Source: Eledone cirrhosa
Taxonomy: Eukaryota
Length of the DNA: 64,000 nucleotides
Assembly (NCBI GenBank): GCA_964016885.1
Contig: OZ024764.1
Coordinates: 11,780,001 to 11,844,000 of the forward strand
Reading direction: 5' to 3'
The translations under genes were made by a program, and so were the position numbers. Shown piece by piece: positions 59,968 to 64,000 of this stretch (positions are counted from its first letter, which is position 1; each line of letters begins with the position of its first letter). Under the pieces are notes generated by a model. The model saw nothing but the letters and a program-made list of their open reading frames with translations, had not been told where the DNA came from and made no database searches.

Positions 59968-62900
59968 GGAATCATAGCTGAAGTTTTGATCAGTGTTCAC
60001 AGATCGATATCGATTAACTTTTCCCCATTAGGTGAGAGGGTGATATTTTCAGCTAGTGCCATCATAACCTCCAGTTGACCCATTCCCTGTGAGTGAAATT
60101 TAGTAGACAGAAACAGTCTGGAAGCCTGTAGGATGGACTGTAGCTACTGGCCGCCCTCCGACATGTTCGCGGTCGTGCCCTTGGCCCTAGAGCTACCTCC
60201 CTACTCACCACCATTGGCGCTGAGCCGGCCAGCCACAAGTGTGAGCCTCTCGAGTTGGAATGGCTCTTCCAGCGCATCTCCCTTACCATCCTCCGGGGAA
60301 ACACCTTCTCCATTCTGTCCGCCGGGGCTGTGGGGGGGAGTCCAGCACGTGGGACCCCTATTTGCTCACCATACGGAGAGATGGAGGTGATGACAGTGGG
60401 AGTTGTAGTATGGCCAGGTTTGTTAGATAATGCTGTAGCATGGCCACGACTGTTTAGATGGTGCTGTAGCATGGCCAGATTTGTTAGAAGCTGCTGTAGT
60501 ATGGCCTGGCTGCTTAGGTGTTGCTGTAGCATGGCCAAACTTCTTAAATTGAACTGTAGCATGGCCTGGCTGTTTAGACGGAGCCCCGTTATACGGCTTG
60601 GATTCTTGGAACTTGTCTTTCTAAGTTTCGCGCATGCGCATTCAATTCCATCCGAACCAAGAAGAAAAAAATGGCCGTCACTTTGTAGAATTTTTCCAGC
60701 TCTACACAAACTCTTTCAAAATGGTTTCAAAAGAGACAGTTGCAGTTTTCTGAAAGGTAACGTAGATTTATATATTATGTTGAGATATTTTGGTAAATCT
60801 TTCCTCCTTAGTTCCCTCCATAATCAACCATTTTAACAGTCTTTCTCTTCCGTATTTCTAATGAAATACACAGACCACGTGTTCCAATTCATGTTGAAAA
60901 TAAACAATAAAATGTAGAGATTTAATAATAAATTTCAACATGTTTCTTTTTTATTCACAGGAAATATATTTAGTGTAGGTTTTTAAAACTCTTCCTAGTT
61001 TTCCCTGTAGCAGCTCTGTTGTCTTTAACAAATATTTACGATGTATTTAAATGGTTCTTTCAATATTGAGATCAAAGACCGTAAATTGTTGGTTCGATTC
61101 TTCAACAGTGTTAAATATTTTCTGAATCTATTGTAAATTAATTTTGTATTCTGGAGCAGATTCTAAGGGTGTGTGTCTCTCCTGTGAGGTATTCCCGGGG
61201 GTTTTAACGATAGGGTTCACAGTGCAGTTATTCAATCCCCACCCCTACACATATATATTAGGTAAGACCTTAATTACAGGGGAAATGGTCTGTTGTGGTC
61301 CTTCTTCCTGTCACTTCCGTCCTTGTGGGTGGCTCTACAGGTGTTTTCGAAAGAGAAGACAGCTTGTTGTTGTTGAGACACTTGGCTATCGTTAACCTGT
61401 TGTGTGTGGGTCACTTAATCTGGATGGAGATCACCTTTGTTGTTCTTCCTCTACCAGATCCAGCTGGAACTCCTCTCCACCTCCTCTGCTATAGTCTTTA
61501 GTACTTTGGTCCTGTTCCACCCAGTTACACAGAGATATTTCATCAGATTGTAGGCAGATATTTCTACCAACCCTCTCCCTCCATCCTGTGGGGTGGGGAC
61601 TTTACCCTGGAAATCTACTTTTTAAATAACTTTCTCTCTCCTGTATATCTGTCATCCTCGTAATCATAGCTGAAGTGTTGATCAGTGTTAACAGATCGAT
61701 ATCGATTAACTTTTCCCCATTAGGTGAGAGGGTGACATCTTGGGCATGTGTCATCATAACCTCCAGTTGACCCATGCCCTGTGAGTGAAATTTAGTAGAC
61801 AGAAACTGTCTGGAAGCCTGTACCTGTAATTAAGTCAATCTTGTCACACCGTGTCAACCTTCAGTATTTCTCCCCATAGTGGTGACAGTATTGGACTTAC
61901 GATCATAATGTGATAAGTTCCATTCCTGGGTTGTGTTGTGTTCTTGAGCAAAACACTTCATTTCACGTGGCTCCAGTATACTTAGTTTAACATGAGTACC
62001 AGTAGTATCTTGGGGTGTAACCCTGCCATAGATCGGTGTCTTGTCCAGGTGAGGGTCTTGTATTTTCAGCTGATTAACTGACTTTGATAAGTACCGGTCT
62101 CATGAGGCTCCGGGTTTGAGACAGACTTTAACCTTGCAATCGACTGGCGTCCTATCCACGGGAAGTCTCTTGTTACTGTATTTCTAATGAAATACCCAGA
62201 CCATGTGTTCCAATTCATGTTGAAAATAAACAATAAAATGTAGGGATTTAATAATACATTTCAACATGTTTCTTTTTTATTCACAGGAAATATATTTAGT
62301 GTATTTTGTTTTAAAACTCTTCCTAGTTTTCCCTGTAGCAGCTCTGTTGTCTTTAACTAATATTTACGATGTATTTAAATGTTTCTTTCAATATTGAGAT
62401 CAAAGACCGTAAATTGTTGATTCGATCCTTCAACAGTGTTAAATATTTTCTGAAACTGTTGTAAATTAATTTTGTATTCCAGAGCAGATTCTAAGGGTGT
62501 GTGTCTCTCCTGTGAGGTATTCCCGGGTGATTTAACGATAGGGTCCACAGCCCAATTACGCTTTTCCCGCCCCCTACATATATATATGTTAGGTAAGTCC
62601 GTAATTACAGTTACAGGCGGTGTTAATGTATTTTTACACATAAACTCGCATATCTGATGAGATGTCGAGGTAGAGTCGGGCCCCTATCATTTTGATTGTA
62701 TCCTGAGATGATCGATACTAATACGATTGCAAAATGCCAAGTTTTTATATATGCTGCAATTGACTTCGATCCTGCATATATATATATATATATGTACACA
62801 CACAGACACACACACACACACATATATGTATATATATGTAAATATTTATATCATCATCACCGTTTTACGTCCGTTCTTCCACGCTAGCATGGGTTAGACG

Positions 62901-63111
62901 GGTTGTCCTGTTGTGGGCAGTGTCCAGTCGGCTGACCTTGTCTTGCTCATAAGGGAACTGATTCTGGCTTGATTTCTACATTTGGATACCCTTCCTAACA
63001 CCAACCTCATTTACAGCGAGTGCTGTGTGCTTTTTTCTGTAGCGCCTACACGTCCATTTTACAGTGTGGGCATAATATATGTATATATATATATATGTGT
63101 GTATATATATG

Positions 63112-63158
<47 letters not shown>

Positions 63159-63166
63159 ATATATAT

Positions 63167-64000
63167 CATCATCATCATCATCATCGTTTAACGTCCATCT
63201 TCCACGCTTGCATGGGTTTGGACGGGAGTTTTACCCGCTTGAGGCAAGAGTGGTTGTCTGGCGGGTTTTCTACGGCTGGATGCCCTTCCTAACACCAACC
63301 ACGTTTACAGTGTGGGGCTGGGAGGTTTTTACCGTGTTACCTACACGGCCACATTACAGCGTGGACTGTGTGTTTTTTTTGTCGTGCCACCTACACGACC
63401 TCATTTGTTTCGGACTGGATGCTCTGGTCCCAACATAACTTTACATTGAAAGGGGGTGGTGTGGATGGGGGTGTATTTTTGTTAGAGGTGCCTACTGACT
63501 GTAGTAGGTTTCACTTTGTACTTAGGTAAGGCGGGTCTTCTGTATTACTGTGTAGCGCCAAAGATCTCGGTTCAGTGACATTGTCTTGGAGAGGTGTAAG
63601 TGTGTCAGGTCGGAATTTATCAAGTCGTCCCAGGTTTTCCTGGGTCTGCCTACTCCGTGGCTACCGTCTATTTTTATTGCCCTGCACTTTTTTATACAGC
63701 TGTCGTCTTTCATGCGCTTCACGTGACCATACCAACGTAGTCTTCTCTCGAGTAAACAACATCTGATCCCTCTTATTTCTAATTTTTCCCTTAGTTCGTT
63801 TATGCTTTGCCGTTCACGTATATTACTATTACACATCCAGCGGAGCATGCAAGCTTCGTTCCTCTCCAGTCTGCGAATATCCTCTGCACACAATGCCCAG
63901 GTCTCACTGCCATGCAACATTGCTGTTCGTATGCAGGCATCATACAGCCTGCCTTTCATTTTTAGAGAGAACCATTTAGCGGCTAATAGTGGTATAAGCT
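63167..64000 (-). mobile_element. RTE family A 3' part (duplicate of 56748-57643), running off the window end
   Basis: ORF 63522-63959 and 3'UTR. Confidence 0.94.

Larger units (their letters stand above)
54180..64000 (+). repeat. Direct segmental duplication with a ~6.35-kb period
   Basis: 54180-57643 aligns with few differences to 60530-64000, continuing to the window end. Confidence 0.95.

Noticed and set aside
60062-60836. 215-aa and 193-aa overlapping ORFs as genes
   Set aside because: They depend on a 1-nt shift in the 30-bp repeat, are not preserved in the other copy, and have no recognisable domain

Overview
Eukaryotic, AT-rich, repeat-saturated DNA with no intact host protein-coding gene I can support. 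The SINE families, RTE LINEs with (GAT)n tails and (TA)n/(TG)n carpets suggest an octopus or other coleoid cephalopod; this is an inference, and the window is probably intronic or intergenic. Nearly all long ORFs in the track are artefacts of micro- and minisatellites. Real content: fragments of several RTE, CR1, Tx1-like, HERO-like and Penelope-like retroelements; two tRNA-headed SINE families; a TTAA/CCC-terminated MITE; an 8.2-kb array of a 48-bp unit containing a 3,934-bp higher-order duplication; a 200-N gap; and a ~6.35-kb duplication at the right end. Most notable observations: (1) short internal segments of several unrelated elements are repeatedly amplified in place into head-to-tail arrays (80, 61, 112, 48 and 60 bp), three of them bounded by visible microhomology; (2) a single-copy 77-nt hairpin with pri-miRNA-like geometry at 35141-35217; (3) fold-back palindromes that break at or near hammerhead-ribozyme cores; (4) a LINE inserted repeatedly into one (GATA)n tract, once with a 20-bp TSD; (5) a duplicated unit combining a decapeptide-type repeat with an NRF1/YY1-type promoter and splice sites. 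All calls come from manual reading; no database search or folding was run.
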